A model generated the notes under the pieces. That model was given only the letters and a program-made list of their open reading frames with translations. It searched no databases and was not told the origin of the DNA. This document shows, one piece after another, positions 23,690 through 36,384 of a stretch of DNA of 59,418 nucleotides. The stretch spans positions 14,033,387 through 14,092,804 of the forward strand of contig NC_057750.1 in the NCBI RefSeq assembly GCF_004010195.1, in the 5' to 3' direction. Source of the DNA: Chiloscyllium plagiosum (Eukaryota). A program made the position numbers and the translations under genes. Numbering within the stretch: the stretch's first letter is position 1; the number at the start of each line of letters is the position of its first letter.

Positions 23690-23835
23690 CAATGGGATGG
23701 TGAGTTTAACGTGAGGGTCTCCACACCTCGGATGAGGGTTGAGGTTCAAGAAGCCGGCAACATTGGCCAGAGTGGGCTGTTAGCGTCACTCTGTACTGCA
23801 AGCTACCCATCCAGCTAACTGAGCTAACTGACTTG
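23690..23835 (-). mobile_element. tRNA-derived SINE fragment (third family)
   Basis: Minus-strand head TTAGCTCAGTTAGCTGGATGG is tRNA A-box-like. Confidence 0.5.
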
Positions 23836-24651
23836 CTCCATTAGCATATTATACTGCAATGGAAACAGCTCCACATGACTGAATATCTCCCCAGAGCCGA
23901 AGACCTCTCCTTGATGCTACCAGCTTCGAACAATCAAGAATCTGACAACCTGGGTGCCGCATATTTAATTTGCAAAGTACATTACATTCCTTTCAGTTAC
24001 ATGTAAATGAGACATAATTACCTCCTCAACCAACTCAAATGGCTCTTGTCACTTCCATGTGGCATTCTGCCTCCCAAACACCAGCATAAGCAGATTTTTA
24101 ATCAGAAAGGGAATCAAGAATTTTGGGAAAAAAGCAGGGAAGTGGGGTTCAGAATGATCAGATCAGCAGACTCGATGGGCTGAATGGTCTGCTTCTGCTC
24201 CTATGTCATGTGGTTTTGTAAAGCAGCTCAAGTTTCTGAAACTCACACCTCCAAGTAATTCAATCCCTATGACTCCCTCCCTACTTCTGCACATTTCATT
24301 AAATTCCACCTCATGTTTTAGAGCAATGATCTTTCATCAGAACTAGAAGGAAATAGGTCAGAGGGTTAACAGGTTTTGAACAGGTTCAGAAAGAGACTGG
24401 ATGAGATAAAGGAAGAAAATAACAAAAGGGAAGTTCTGTCAAAGGTAGGAAAAGTGATCAATTGACAAAGGAACCAAGGGAATGCAGAGTTAGATCAGCC
24501 ATGATCTTGGGCTTGAGAAGCCTACTGTTGTCCTTTATATGAACAATATCCAGGCTTGGGATGAGAAGTGATAAGTAAATAAATGCCTCTTATCAATGAC
24601 CATCTTTGATAAGAAAGCATCTAATTATTGGCTTTCCAAGCAAGAGCTTAT

Positions 24652-24820
24652 CATAGAAAGTGGAGAAAGAGGCCATTTGGCCCATCATGAATGCACTGAA
24701 TCATCAAGGAGCATCCCACACACACCCACCTCCTCACGTTTACTATGGCTAATCCAGTAGATACCTGCACATCCTTGGACACTACTGGGCAATTTAGCAT
24801 GGCCAATACACCTAACCTGC
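24652..24820 (-). mobile_element. V-SINE 3' part
   Basis: GGGCAATTTAGCATGGCCAAT and GGCCATTTGGCCCATC motifs. Confidence 0.7.
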
Positions 24821-25315
24821 CTGGCCTGCTGTGTTTTTCCAGCACCACATTTTTCAACTATAACTTGGTGTTGTGTGACTTCTGACTTTACCATAGAAGG
24901 CACTGATGTAAAGTAATCCTAAAGTCACGACATATTCAAGGGACAAAAGGAGAAGAAATAATTACAATGATTATCACAGGAAAAGAAACAATACAAGGAA
25001 AACTAATGGGCCTAAAGACCGATAAGTCTCCTGGACTTGATGGGATGTGTCCTAGTATATTAAAGGAAGTTGCTCCAGAGATTCTCGGAAAGTCCCAGAG
25101 GATTGGAAAACTGCCAATGTAGCAACTTTATTTAAAATGGCAAGGAGAAAAAAAGTGTTGCCTGTAGGCCAGTTAGCTTTATGTCATTATTGAGAGAATG
25201 TTAGAGTCTATTATGAAGAATGCAATAGCAGAATATTTGGAAATGCACAATATAATGAAGCAGACTTGGACTTGCTTGATGAAGGGGAAATCATGCCTGA
25301 CAAATTTATAGTAAT

Positions 25316-25637
25316 TTAGATTAGATTAGATTCATTAAAGTGTAGAAACAGGCCCTTCGGTCCAACAAGTCCACACCGACCCTCCGAAGAGCAACCCACC
25401 CAGACCCATTCACCTACATTCATCCCTGACTAATGCACCTAACACTACGGGCAATTTAGCATGGCCAATTCACCTAACCTGCACACCTTTGGACTGTGGG
25501 AGGAAACTGAATCGCCTGGAGGAAACCCACGCAGACATAGGGAGAATGTGCAAACTGCACACAGACAGTTGCCCGAAGCAGGAATTGAACCCGGGTCCCT
25601 GGCAGCAGTAAGGCAACAGCGCTAACCACTGAGCCAC
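25316..25637 (-). mobile_element. HE1-type V-SINE
   Basis: (TTAGA)3 tail, V-domain and B box, all reverse complement. Confidence 0.93.
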
Positions 25638-26670
25638 TTTGAGGATGGAACAAGCAGGATAGATAAAGGGGAAGCAGTGGATCTGATATATTTGGATTTT
25701 CAGAAGAGGTCTGCTAAGGTATCACTCATTAGGTTACTTAATAAGATAAGAGCCCATGGATGGAGGTAATATATTAACATGGGTAGAGGATTGGCTAACC
25801 AATAAAAGACAGAGAGTTGGGATGAGGTGGGCATTTTCAGGATGGCAATCAAATTGCCACAGGGATCAGTGCTGGGACCACAATTATTTACACTACTATT
25901 AATGACTTGGATGACGAAACTGAATGTACTATAGCCAAGTTTGTGGATGGCACAAAAATAGATGGGAAAACAAGTGGTAAGGAGGACACAAAGAGTTTGC
26001 ACAGGGATACAGACAGGTTAAGCAAGTGGGCAAAAACTCGGAATATTACGAGGAAAAATGTGAAGTTATGCATTTAGACAGGAAGACTAGAAGAGCTGAA
26101 TATCACTTAAATCAATAAATTCTGAAGAAAGCCTCAAAACAGAAGGATGTTGGAGGTCATGTCCATGAATCACAAAAACTAGCATCCAATTTCAACAGGA
26201 AATAGCAAAGATGAATGCAATGTTGGCCTTTATTTCAAAGGGAATGAAATATTAAAAGTAGGGAGGTTTTGCTAAAACTACACAAGGCACTAGTCAGCTC
26301 ATAGCTGGAATGCTGTGGACAGCTTTGGTCCCCTTATCTAAGCAGTCTAGAAGAGTTCACTAGGCTGGTACTAGGGAGGGACTGTCTTGTGAGGAGATGA
26401 TAAGTTGGGTCTGTACTCAATGGAGTTTAGAAGAATAAGAGGCGATCTTACTGAACTGTAGAAAATTCTTAGAGAGTTTGACAGGGTGGATGAGGGAATG
26501 TTGTTTCCCCTTGTGGGACAGTCTATGACCAAAGGGCATAATTTCAGAATAAGGGGTCAAACATTGAAGGCAGAAATGAGGATGAATTTCTTCTCCCAAA
26601 GGGCAGTGAATCTGAGGAATTCTTTACCCTCTACAGAGGGCTGTAGAGGTTGGGTTGCTAAGTATATTCA

Positions 26671-26800
26671 AGCTGAAAATGTGTTGCTGGAAAAGCGCAG
26701 CAGGTCAGGCAGCATTCAGGGAACAGGAGAATCGACGTTTCGGGCATAAGCCCTTCTTCAGGAAAACAAGTGGAGCATCTGCAGACCTCACTTTCTCCTC
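26671..26800. mobile_element. PLE-tail micro-insertion with an inverted 5' part and 11-13-bp TSD
   Basis: AAGTATATTCAAG at 26660-26672 and 26801-26813; intact HHR core on the minus strand at about 26730-26764. Confidence 0.9.
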
Positions 26801-27029
26801 AAGTATATTCAAGGCTGAGTTCAAAAGATTTTTAATTCCCAGTAAGGGGCTATGGCAAAAAAGGCAGGAAAATCCAGTTGAGAATTATCAGATCAGCCAT
26901 GACCTAATTGAATGGAGGAGCAGATGCGATGGGCTGAATGGTCCACTTCTGCTTCTGTCTCTTATGATCTTATGCTCCTACCCCCTACAAACCCCTTCTC
27001 TGTCTGCCATCAACTACTCTCTGATTAAA

Positions 27030-27135
27030 GACACACACACACAGAAACACACACGCGCACACAGACACACACACAGATGCACACACACAAGTACACACAG
27101 ACAGACACACACGCACACGCACAATCACACACACT
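27030..27135. repeat. Imperfect (CA)n microsatellite
   Basis: ACACAC run with interruptions. Confidence 0.95.
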
Positions 27136-27844
27136 AAAGTGAAAGGGACTGCAAAAACTAAAAAAAATCAAAGTTATAAAAATATTACTGATTTTGATAA
27201 ATAATCACAAACATTAAGAGCTGATGTTAACATGAGACAAGTCAGATCGGAGAATGAAACCTGGCTTGATAGATCATATTTCTGCAGTTAATTACCATGG
27301 AAATTATTCATTGAAACATATTCACATGAGCTGCAAATGTTCTTTAACTACTGAATATAAGTTTCTTATAACGAAGAGGGAATAAATAAACGAAGCTACC
27401 AAATACAATTAGAAAGGTTATGACAAACAGCAAAATGAAGGCTCAACCTGTTTCCTGACTCTATCTATTACACAGACTCAATCGCAGAGAAATATCCCCA
27501 CTTGCTCAGCTTCTGGAGTCTTAACTGACTTTCACAAGTTTCTTCTTTCTAAAACTGTAAAGACAGCCTGATGATTCCACTGGCATGAAACTCTCACAAA
27601 ACTGACAGTTGAAACTGTCTCAGTTCAAACAATTCTCCTGGCTTGGCAGCTTCACAAACTGGAAACTATTTTTTTTGAGGTGATTCCCTGAACTGACTTG
27701 ATTGTCTTGCGAGGAGAGACTGTTCTACCTTTTGAACTGAGACAAAGTTTTGAACCTTTTGTTCTGACATCAAAATTAAACTAAATTGCTTTCATGTGTT
27801 TACTCTGCCTATCATAAATCTAACAGAATAAACTATGGCATTTG

Positions 27845-28215
27845 CAAGGCAATCATATAGAGGTTTATAAAATCATGAGGGGCATGGATAGGGTAAATAG
27901 ACAAGGTCTTTTCCCTGGGGTGGTGGAGTCCAGAACTAGAGGGTTTAGGATGATAGGGGAAAGACTTAAAAGGGACCTAAGGGGCAACTTCTTCACGCAA
28001 AGTGGGGTGCATATATGGAATGAGCTGCCAGAGGAAGTGGTGGAGGCTGGTACAATTACAACATTTAAAAGGCATCTGGATGGGTATATGAATAGGAATG
28101 GTTGAGAGGGATATGGGCCAAGTGCTGGCAAATGAGAACTAGATTAATTTAGGATATCTGGTCAGCATGGACGAGTTGGATTGAAGGGTCTGTTTCCATG
28201 CTGTACATCTCTATT
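27845..28215 (+). mobile_element. 5'-truncated CR1 LINE
   Basis: IEVYKIMRGMDRVNRQGLFP...WNELPEEVVEAG followed by a tail. Confidence 0.92.
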
Positions 28216-28257
28216 TGAATTCATATACCTTCTTAAAAATGACACATTTTCACTCAT

Positions 28258-28850
28258 AGGAGAGACAATGGCCTGTGGTATTATGGCTCGAATGTTAATC
28301 TCGAGATCCAAATTTGAGTCCTGTCCTGACAGATGGTAGAATTTGAATTCAATAAAAATGTCAAAACAAGAGTCTAAGGATGGCCATGAATCTATTGTTG
28401 ATTATCAGAACAAAAACCATCTGGTTGACTAATCATCTTTAGGGAAGAAAATTGCTACCCTTATCTGGTCAGGCCTACATGTGACTCCAGACCCACAGCA
28501 ATATGATTAACTCTTAACTGTCCTCTGAGATGCCTCATCTTCCACCTAGGAACACTTCAACCCCATGGCATCAATGTGGACTTCACCAGTTTCCTCATTT
28601 CCCCTTTGCCCATCTTACCCCAGTTCCAACCTTCCAGCTCAGCACTATCTCCATGACTTGTCCTACCTGCCAATCTCCCTTCCCACCTATCCGCTCTAAC
28701 TTCCCCTTTGACCGCTGTGCTTTTCCAGCACCACTCTGATCTAAACTCTGGTTTTCAGCATCTGCAATCCTCACTTTTGCCCTGTCCTCTGAGATGGGCA
28801 GTAAATGCTGGCCTAGACAACAATATACTTATCGCATGAATGAAAAGAAA
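28258..28850 (+). mobile_element. tRNA-derived SINE family 2, split by a PLE insertion
   Basis: GGCCTACATGTGACTCCAGACCCACAGCAA core; tail GGGCAGTAAATGCTGGCCTAG. Confidence 0.8.
28533..28781 (+). mobile_element. PLE 3' fragment with 15-bp TSD
   Basis: LIFHLGTLQPHGINVDF (end of the GIY-YIG ORF); TSD CTGTCCTCTGAGATG at 28518-28532 and 28782-28796. Confidence 0.85.
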
Positions 28851-29184
28851 AACTCAAAAATACCTTTCTGACTTATTTTTAAACTAACCAAAATCTAGCT
28901 GCCTCTATTTTAAATTCAAATCCCAAATTATTACATATTAAATAACATATATCATGTTCACCCCTTGACCAACTTTCCAATCAATTAATGACCATCTCAC
29001 CTGATCCAGCTACTCTCTCCACCATACATGGCTGTCCATTGAGAAGAGATTTATTAAGATGTACAAAATTATAAAACGTTTAAATAAGGTAGGGAAAGCA
29101 ATGCTATTCCCAACAGCTGATGGTGCAAGGATTAGATTCAGGGAGGATGTGGGGAACAGATCATTTTACATATTTTCTAATCTT

Positions 29185-29720
29185 TTGATTTGATTTGGTT
29201 TGATTTATTGTAGCCACATGTACCTGAGTACAGTGAAAAGCTTTGTTTTGTGAGCAGTATAGGCAGATCATAGCAAACTAAAGACATACAAATCCTAGCG
29301 TGCTTAGACAAAGAGGCATACAAGGTTACAAGTGCACAGGAGGAGAAGAAAGCAAGATCAACATTAAGAAGATCGACATTATTTGAAGTCAGAGAGGTTC
29401 ATTCAGCAATCTAATAACAGGAGGGAAGAAGTTGTTCTTGAATCTGTTGGTACAAGATTCTGTGCCTTCTGCCTGGTGGAAGAGGTTTGAAAAGAGAATT
29501 ACTGAACTGAAATGGCTTTTTGGTGATTTTGCAGCATTTCTGCAGCAACGGAAGTCTAAATGGAATCCATAGATGGAAAGTCGGTTTCCCTTATGGTCTG
29601 GGCTGTGCACACAACTTTCTGTAGTTTCTGGGCAGACCAATTAGTATACCAGGCCACTATGCACCCATCTTATAGCATACATCCTATGGTGCATCTATAA
29701 AAGTTGGTGAGGATCCTTAT
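29185..29720 (-). mobile_element. Rex1/Babar LINE 3' fragment, older
   Basis: TNRFKNNFFPPVIRLLN; tail AAGCTTTTCACTGTAC on the minus strand. Confidence 0.8.
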
Positions 29721-29864
29721 GGACACGTTGAATTTCCTAACTTTTACAGATGCACTTCAGGAAACATTCTATCCAAGTGCATAATCAACCTGTTCAGAGA
29801 TGTTATTATACACATCTGGAGTGGGTAGGATTACTACCATTGTACCTCATGTAGCAAGTGGTAG

Positions 29865-30200
29865 GGAAGATGATGGCCTCTTAATTTTATTGCTAGACTA
29901 TTAAACCAGAAAGTCAGCTCATATTCTGGGGATTCAGGTTCAATACCCGCCATGGAAGATGCTGGAATTTGAATTCAATAAAAAATATCTGAATGATGAC
30001 CATAAAATCTTGATCTGAAAAACCCATCTGTCTCACTAATATCCTTCAGGAAAGGAAAGCTGCCGTCCCTACCTAGTGTGGCCTGCAAGTGACTCCAGAC
30101 CTACAGCAATGTGGCTGACTCTCAACTGCCCTCTGAAATGGCCTAACAAGCCACTCAGCCGCATCAATCTCTACTAGGGATGGGTAATAAATGCTGTCAA
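29865..30200 (+). mobile_element. tRNA-derived SINE family 2
   Basis: GGTTCAATACC B box; GTGACTCCAGACC core. Confidence 0.75.
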
Positions 30201-31194
30201 CATTGTGGGGGTTATTATTGACACGAAACTGAACTGGACCAGCCATATAAACACGATGGCTAAAAGAGCAGTTCAGAGGCAAGGAATTCTGCAGAAAGTA
30301 ACTCAAACCCTGTCCAGCATCTATAAAGCAGGAATGTGATGGATACCTCTCTGTGTTGCCTACATAGCAGCAGTGACTATATTTCAAAAGTACTTCCTTT
30401 GTGATAAAATGCTTTGGGACGGTCTGAGATTGTTGGAAAGCACCGTAGAAAGGCAAGATCATTGTATATATCATCTGACCATTTTGGTTTGATTACTTCC
30501 AAAGGTAGCTAAAGAATTTCTGAAATCAAGTTATATTCTGTCCATATTGAAAAGGTATGGGGGAAAGCTTTGGGAAACAAAAAGATTCCAGGGTTTCTTG
30601 CAGTATATGAATTGATTTTGTATTAAAATTTACTTAACCATTCAAAGGACTATAAGGAGAATTTAAATTCATTCATACGGTTATTTAAAGTATTCAATCT
30701 GAATCAAAGCCCCTTAGTGAATTGTCCTCACTTTGTTTGATGTAAACAGTAATGTCAGCAACAGTAATTTTGTAATTTATCCTCAGAAAGCACTGTAGTA
30801 GTGAATGAAGATAAAAAAGATTTTATCTCACACCTTTAATGAATAGGATTAAGGACCTAAAGGTTTCGGAATATATTAGACCACTGTATCTTTTATAGTG
30901 ATGAAAGCCTTAATCTTCAGGGAAGCTATTTCAACCAACTTCTGTCTACAGGTGCTCTTTGCAAGGATACGACACACAGAAATATTCTTGGAATTATTTG
31001 TTTTAAATTGCAATAGTAATTGGACAGAATAGTACAGTAAACTTTGTGGCATTTGAGGTGTATAACTTTTGTTGGTTTATCAAGAATGCCAATTCATAAG
31101 GTGACAGCTAAAACAAAATTTGCTGTATCTCTTTATTAGCAAGATGGAGTCAGAGCTGTTGGACCCGTGCAACCGATGTGGTTATTTTCAGTTT

Positions 31195-31670
31195 CATAGA
31201 GTCATAGAATCATACAGCACGGAAACAGACCCTTCGGTCCAACCCATCCGTGTTGAACAAGCTTCCCAAATCCAACTTGCCTGTATTTGGTCCATATCTC
31301 TCTAAACCTTTCCTATTCATGCAACTGTTCAAATGCCTTCTACATGTTGGAACTGTGGCTGCATCTACCCCTTCCTCCAGCAGTTCATTCCACACACAAA
31401 CCACGCTGTGTGTGAAAATAATTGCCCCTCAGGTCTCTTTTAAACCTTTCTCCTCTCACCTTCAAATTATGCCGTCTGGTTTGAATTCCTCTGCCCTAAG
31501 GAAAAGCCCTTTGCTGCTCACCTTATTTAAACCCCTCATGAATTTATCAACCTCCATAATGTCAATCCTCAGCCTCATATGCTCCAGGGAAAAAATTCCC
31601 AGCCTATCCAGTCTCTCCCTATAACTCAAACACTCCAGATCTGGTAACATCCTTGTAAATCTTTCCTGGA
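31195..31670 (-). mobile_element. 5'-truncated CR1 LINE
   Basis: MLPDLECLSYRERLDRLGIFSLE; WNELLEEGVDA; CATAGAGT tail. Confidence 0.9.
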
Positions 31671-31804
31671 TTCATTTTGCATTTTTCCTTGATGAGACAA
31701 TCTAAGCTGGGTTGGAACTACAATTTTCTCAGTGTCACCAGGGTTTTGAGGGAAAAGAACACTCAAGGATATTCATCACAATGGTAGAAGGGTTTATTAA
31801 TTGT

Positions 31805-32056
31805 TTTTGTGGGATGTGGGCATCATCATCTTCATGTTGTCCATCCCTAAGTGGCCTTGGGAAGATACCTTTTTGAATCACTGCACTCCTTTTGGTCTGG
31901 GTTAACCCACAATGCTATTAGGAGGGAATTCCAGGATTTGGCCCAGCGACACTGAAGCAATTGTGATATATTTCCTTGTTTGGGATAATGAGTGGGGTTG
32001 GGGTGAGGAGATTACAGGTGGTGGTTCCCTTGTAGCGGTTCTCTTGTCCTTCCAGG
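31805..32056 (-). mobile_element. Family-B LINE 3' end
   Basis: KYITIASVSLGQ motif; GGGATGTGGGC tail. Confidence 0.7.
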
Positions 32057-32057
32057 C

Positions 32058-32181
32058 CACCTGACGAAGAAGCAGTTCGCCAAACGCTTGTGATTTCAAA
32101 TAAACCTGTTGGACTATAACCTGGTGTCGTGTGATTTCTGACATTCTCTACCCCAGTCCAATACCAACACCTCCATATCAT
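32058..32181 (+). mobile_element. PLE family 2 tail starting at a degenerate HHR
   Basis: CAC-CTGACGA-AGAAGC..., then AATAAACCTGTTGGACTATAACCTGG. Confidence 0.7.
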
Positions 32182-33336
32182 GACATCTATGAAGACAGAA
32201 ACAGAGACATTTCAAATCTGATGTGACTCTTCTGCAGAATCAAAAATTGACTGTTTGTTCAGACACCTGTCGATTATATCAGCTGTTAAAATGTTATCTG
32301 CTTCAGGCCACCCTTAAATGGCCATGAGACTCCAGACTCACAACACTGTGGTTGACCCTTAACTGCCTTCTGAAATGACCTAAAAGTTACTCAGTTGGTG
32401 CAACAAGGTGTGGGGAAGGGTGCAAAGGGGTTCTGTGTGAATACCTCCACCTCACAAACGGCAGCAATTCACGATAGTGGTTCAATAGCACCCCCTCAAG
32501 GGCAGTTCAGGTCGGGCAATAAAACTAGTGCTTGCCAGCGACTCTCGCATCTCAAGAATAAAATGAAATCTACAACCTAATAGCTAGCAGGCAATGGAAA
32601 GGAATTGTCTTGGCTGTTAGGTTTTCTTGGACACCCCACATGAACCACATGGAAAGGACAGCACCCACAGTGGACAAAGGTAAATGTGACAGTGTTTTAT
32701 CTCAGCCACAATGCACTCTTTAGAACTCTGTCTAACAGCTGCTGACACCTTATCGCCAAATAACTACGACATCGAAGCACCCTGGACTCTGCTTGCGTTA
32801 AAATCTGACAACACATGAAAGGTGAAAAGGCTAAGTCTCTTCTGAGACCTAGGTGTGTAATTAATGAATCCCATCTCTGTAAATTCCAAATCAATGAGTA
32901 TTTTCAACTGTTTATGCTTTAGAAAATTTCCCCATCACAGTTGATGTTTGTAAGTGATTGTGTAAGGGAAATGTTTCATTGTTATATTAATCTAGATTCC
33001 TGGTAATTAATAAATATTGGAATAAGCAGGTTGTTCGCAGAATAGGAATGGTTGAAGTGAGGTCTTCCACTGAAAGTAGAATAATGCTGATTTAAAGCAG
33101 CTGGTTCTAAGTTCTTATATTTGATGCTGATTCTCAAACTCACCACCAGCTTTGAACACTGATATGTAATGTATCCCTGAGGATTGAACTTCGAAATGTG
33201 TATCTCCAATTTCATTGTCAGATTTATGGCTCACTGCTCTGCATCGCATGTTGTGTGAAGATCACTGACTGAATCTCAGCCAGGCCTCTTACATTATCTG
33301 TTGGATTCATGACATCAGCTGACAAGCCAGTTTATC

Positions 33337-33574
33337 TAAGATGTGGCACAATATCATTGTTGCAGCAACATTCATGGTTTGACTATTTAGATTTAGCACA
33401 GAAATAGGCCATTTGGCCCAGCAGGTCTTGGTTGCCCTGTCATAGGAAGGATATTATTAAGATGTGGCACAATATCATTGTTGCAGTAACATTCATGGTT
33501 TGACTATTTAGATTTAGCACAGAAATTTGGCCCAGCAGGTCTTGGTTGCCCTGTCATAGGAAGGATATTATTAA
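33337..33574. repeat. Tandem duplication, 121-bp unit, two copies
   Basis: TAAGATGTGGCACAATATC at 33337 and 33458; the second copy has 7-bp and 1-bp deletions. Confidence 0.95.
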
Positions 33575-34066
33575 AAGCTGGAAAGGGTTCGGAAGACATC
33601 TACCAGGACGTTGCTGGGTATGGAAGGTTTGCATTATCAGGAGAGGCTGGATAGGCTGGGACTTTTTCATTGGAGCATAGGAGATTGAGAGGTGACCTTA
33701 CAGAGGTTTATAAAATCATGAGAGGTATAGATAAGGTTAATGGCAATTGTCATTTCCCTAGGATGGGTGATTTCAAGACTAGGGGACATATTTTAAGGTG
33801 AGAGGAGAGAAATTTTAAAAAGACATGGGGGCAAGTGTTTTTACACAGAAGGTGGTTTGTGTGTGGAATGAAATTCCTCAGGAAGTGGTGGATGTGGGTA
33901 CAATTACAATGTTTAAAAGACATTTGGATCAGAACATGAATGAGAAAGGTTTGGAGGGATATGGTCCAGGAGAAGGCAGGTAGTACTACCTTTGTTTGGA
34001 ATTATGGTCAGCATGGACTGGTTGGACCGAAGGGTATGTTTCCGTGCTGTATGACTCTATGACTGT
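33543..34066 (+). mobile_element. 5'-truncated CR1 LINE
   Basis: WLPCHRKDIIK...LRGDLTEVYKIMRG...; TATGACTC tail. Confidence 0.9.
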
Positions 34067-34134
34067 ATGTCCATGCTAGTGTTTATGATCCACCTGATCA
34101 TCTCATCCTAATTCATTACACCCACTCGACATGC

Positions 34135-34420
34135 GGAGATGATGGTATTATAGTAATGTTACTTGCCTAGTAATCCAGAGATCCACAATCATGCCCTAGG
34201 GAAAAATTCCATCCGTTTAATGAATGTCCTCCAGGGAGAAACATCTGTCTGCTTTACCCACTCTGACTTACATGTGATTTCAAACCGATAGCAATGTGGT
34301 TGACTTCTAACTGTCTCCTGAATTAGCCCTAGCGAGCCACTCAGTTCAACAGCAAGTTGGGATGAGCAACCAATGCCAGTCTTGCCAACAATGCCCACAT
34401 CCCATGAAAGAATGAAAAGA
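34135..34420 (+). mobile_element. tRNA-derived SINE family 2, decayed
   Basis: GCAATGTGGTTGACT core; CCCACATCCCATGAA tail. Confidence 0.7.
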
Positions 34421-35063
34421 TCTAATACTTCCCCACCTCATGTACATATATCACGGCCACTTACACATATCTATGTTACATCTTTCAATAATTCCCTGTG
34501 CTGGAGAGTTCCTCATTCTCACCAGTCTCTCAGTAAAGTGATTCTTCCTCAATTTCTGATAGCTACAGCTCACATTTTGGATTTAGCAGGATCATTTGAG
34601 AGCTTTCCAGGGTTGTCCCTGTCTTTCTGTGAGTTGCCCTCAGCTAGGATAAGGGTCCCATGCACTGGATTACAAGCCATGGCCAAGAGCAGAACCAGCA
34701 CAGTCTCTGCCATGGTGGCAGAAGAGCGATAACCTTAAGGGATAATGGCCACTTGCAGGGGGATCCTTCCAGAAGAAGAGCCACAAACAGAAATTGATGG
34801 CGAAACTCAACAGGTCTGGCAATATCTTTGGGAAGAAAGCAGAGTTAATGTTTCATGTCAGGTGACTTTATCAGAGATAGAAAAATGAACAGAGGACCTG
34901 TCCTGGGGTAGACCATTGTTACAGTTTCGAAGTGGAAATAGTTACTTTGGGTTGACCTCTTCAAACCCCTTCAAACCTTTGCAGAGTTCAATCAGATCAG
35001 AATTAAACAGCTCTACTGTCTCCTTTTCATCTTCCCACTCACTGATATTTTCAAATTTCTTTC

Positions 35064-35278
35064 TGTAATAACTCCACAGAGGCCACTATGCCGTTACCAA
35101 GTCTCCTTTTCTTTATATATGAACAGTCCTTAACTTTATCTCATTCAGAGTCAGGTATCTCTGACACTCCTCTTTTTATCTGTCAGCCAGGTCTCACTGA
35201 TTGGACCAGATTAACAGCCCCAATCAAGGAACTCAAATTCTATGATGTCCAGCTGGCTGATCTCATACCATCACTACA
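35064..35278 (-). mobile_element. Short solo LTR, Gypsy-like
   Basis: TG...CA termini, CCAAT and ATAAAAAG motifs on the minus strand; homologous to 47998-48224. Confidence 0.7.
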
Positions 35279-36384
35279 TCTTAGCCTAATCCAACTAATC
35301 ATAATATCATCCTGACTTGAAAGGACAATGGAATCCTGTCAGTGGACATGTTGCGTTGCGTGGAACCAGTCCATCCTCGTTCAGTTTTTCCATTTTAACT
35401 CCCAACCCACTCAAAAAGCTGAATGTGTTCCAATAAACAACCCATTTGTGGTTTGGAGTTTTACAAATATGATCTTCATTTAGGAATTGGTTTGAACTTT
35501 TTTTACATGTAATAAAATTAAGCCAATGTCTAATAAAAACTGACATTTCTCAGCTTTTGTTCTGGGAATCCGATTACTCAGCTGATGCATTGAGGCTACA
35601 ATGATTTGTGGTGCTCTGAATTATTCATCATCGAGTCATGTACATTGACAGATTTTTCAATATGGAAGTAATAACTTGAATGTGAACATACACTGAATGT
35701 TGGCAGGGTTGAGTGGAGCAAAGGCATTTTGTGCAGTATTATTTCCAACTCTTAAACGTTAGTTAAATATTTAGCTTAGTAAGTGATAAGTGGTTTTTCT
35801 AAATATTGGATTAAAGACGAAGTAAAGATACCCTCCAAAAGTGTACAAAATGATACAAAATATTGACAGAGCATAGTTGTGTGTAGTGACAAAGACTATA
35901 AGACAATCTGCATTATTACAATTTATTTGTTGATCAGTGATCTTATATCTGCACAGTTATTTGAATGTGGAGTTATTTAGACCAGTATTTATTTGTTCAA
36001 ATCACTCCATGCCAGCTCTTTACACTTATTCGAAAGCATCATATCGTGCCAAAGTTTGCAGCTGAAAAACTGGGGCATTCACTCCAAATTGATGTCTATA
36101 TTTCAAGAAAGTACATTAAAACAAAACCTCCCACTCACTTTCTCTCCTCTTCTGATTCGCAGGTCCCTGGCAGTGAGAGTGGTATGAGCAATGGTTGCAT
36201 TCTTGTTATTGTGAGCTGTTGTGTGGTAGACAATGTGCTTTAATTCCCCTCCACAGCTCTCTTCATCCTGAGCATTTCTAAGATCTGTCCATGACCAAAC
36301 ACTGCTGAAAACCTTCCTCTGCCAAGGTTATACCAAGGGCTGTCTCTTTGAGTCCCTAGATTTCTAAGGTTCTCATGTTATTTT

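Larger units (their letters stand above)
24900..26975 (+). mobile_element. Long decayed CR1 LINE, interrupted by HE1 and a PLE micro-insertion
   Basis: DKSPGLDG, PEDWKTANV, VDLIYLDFQK, PQGSVLGPQLF, INDLDDETECTIAKFVDGTK, and a 3' tail. Confidence 0.92.
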
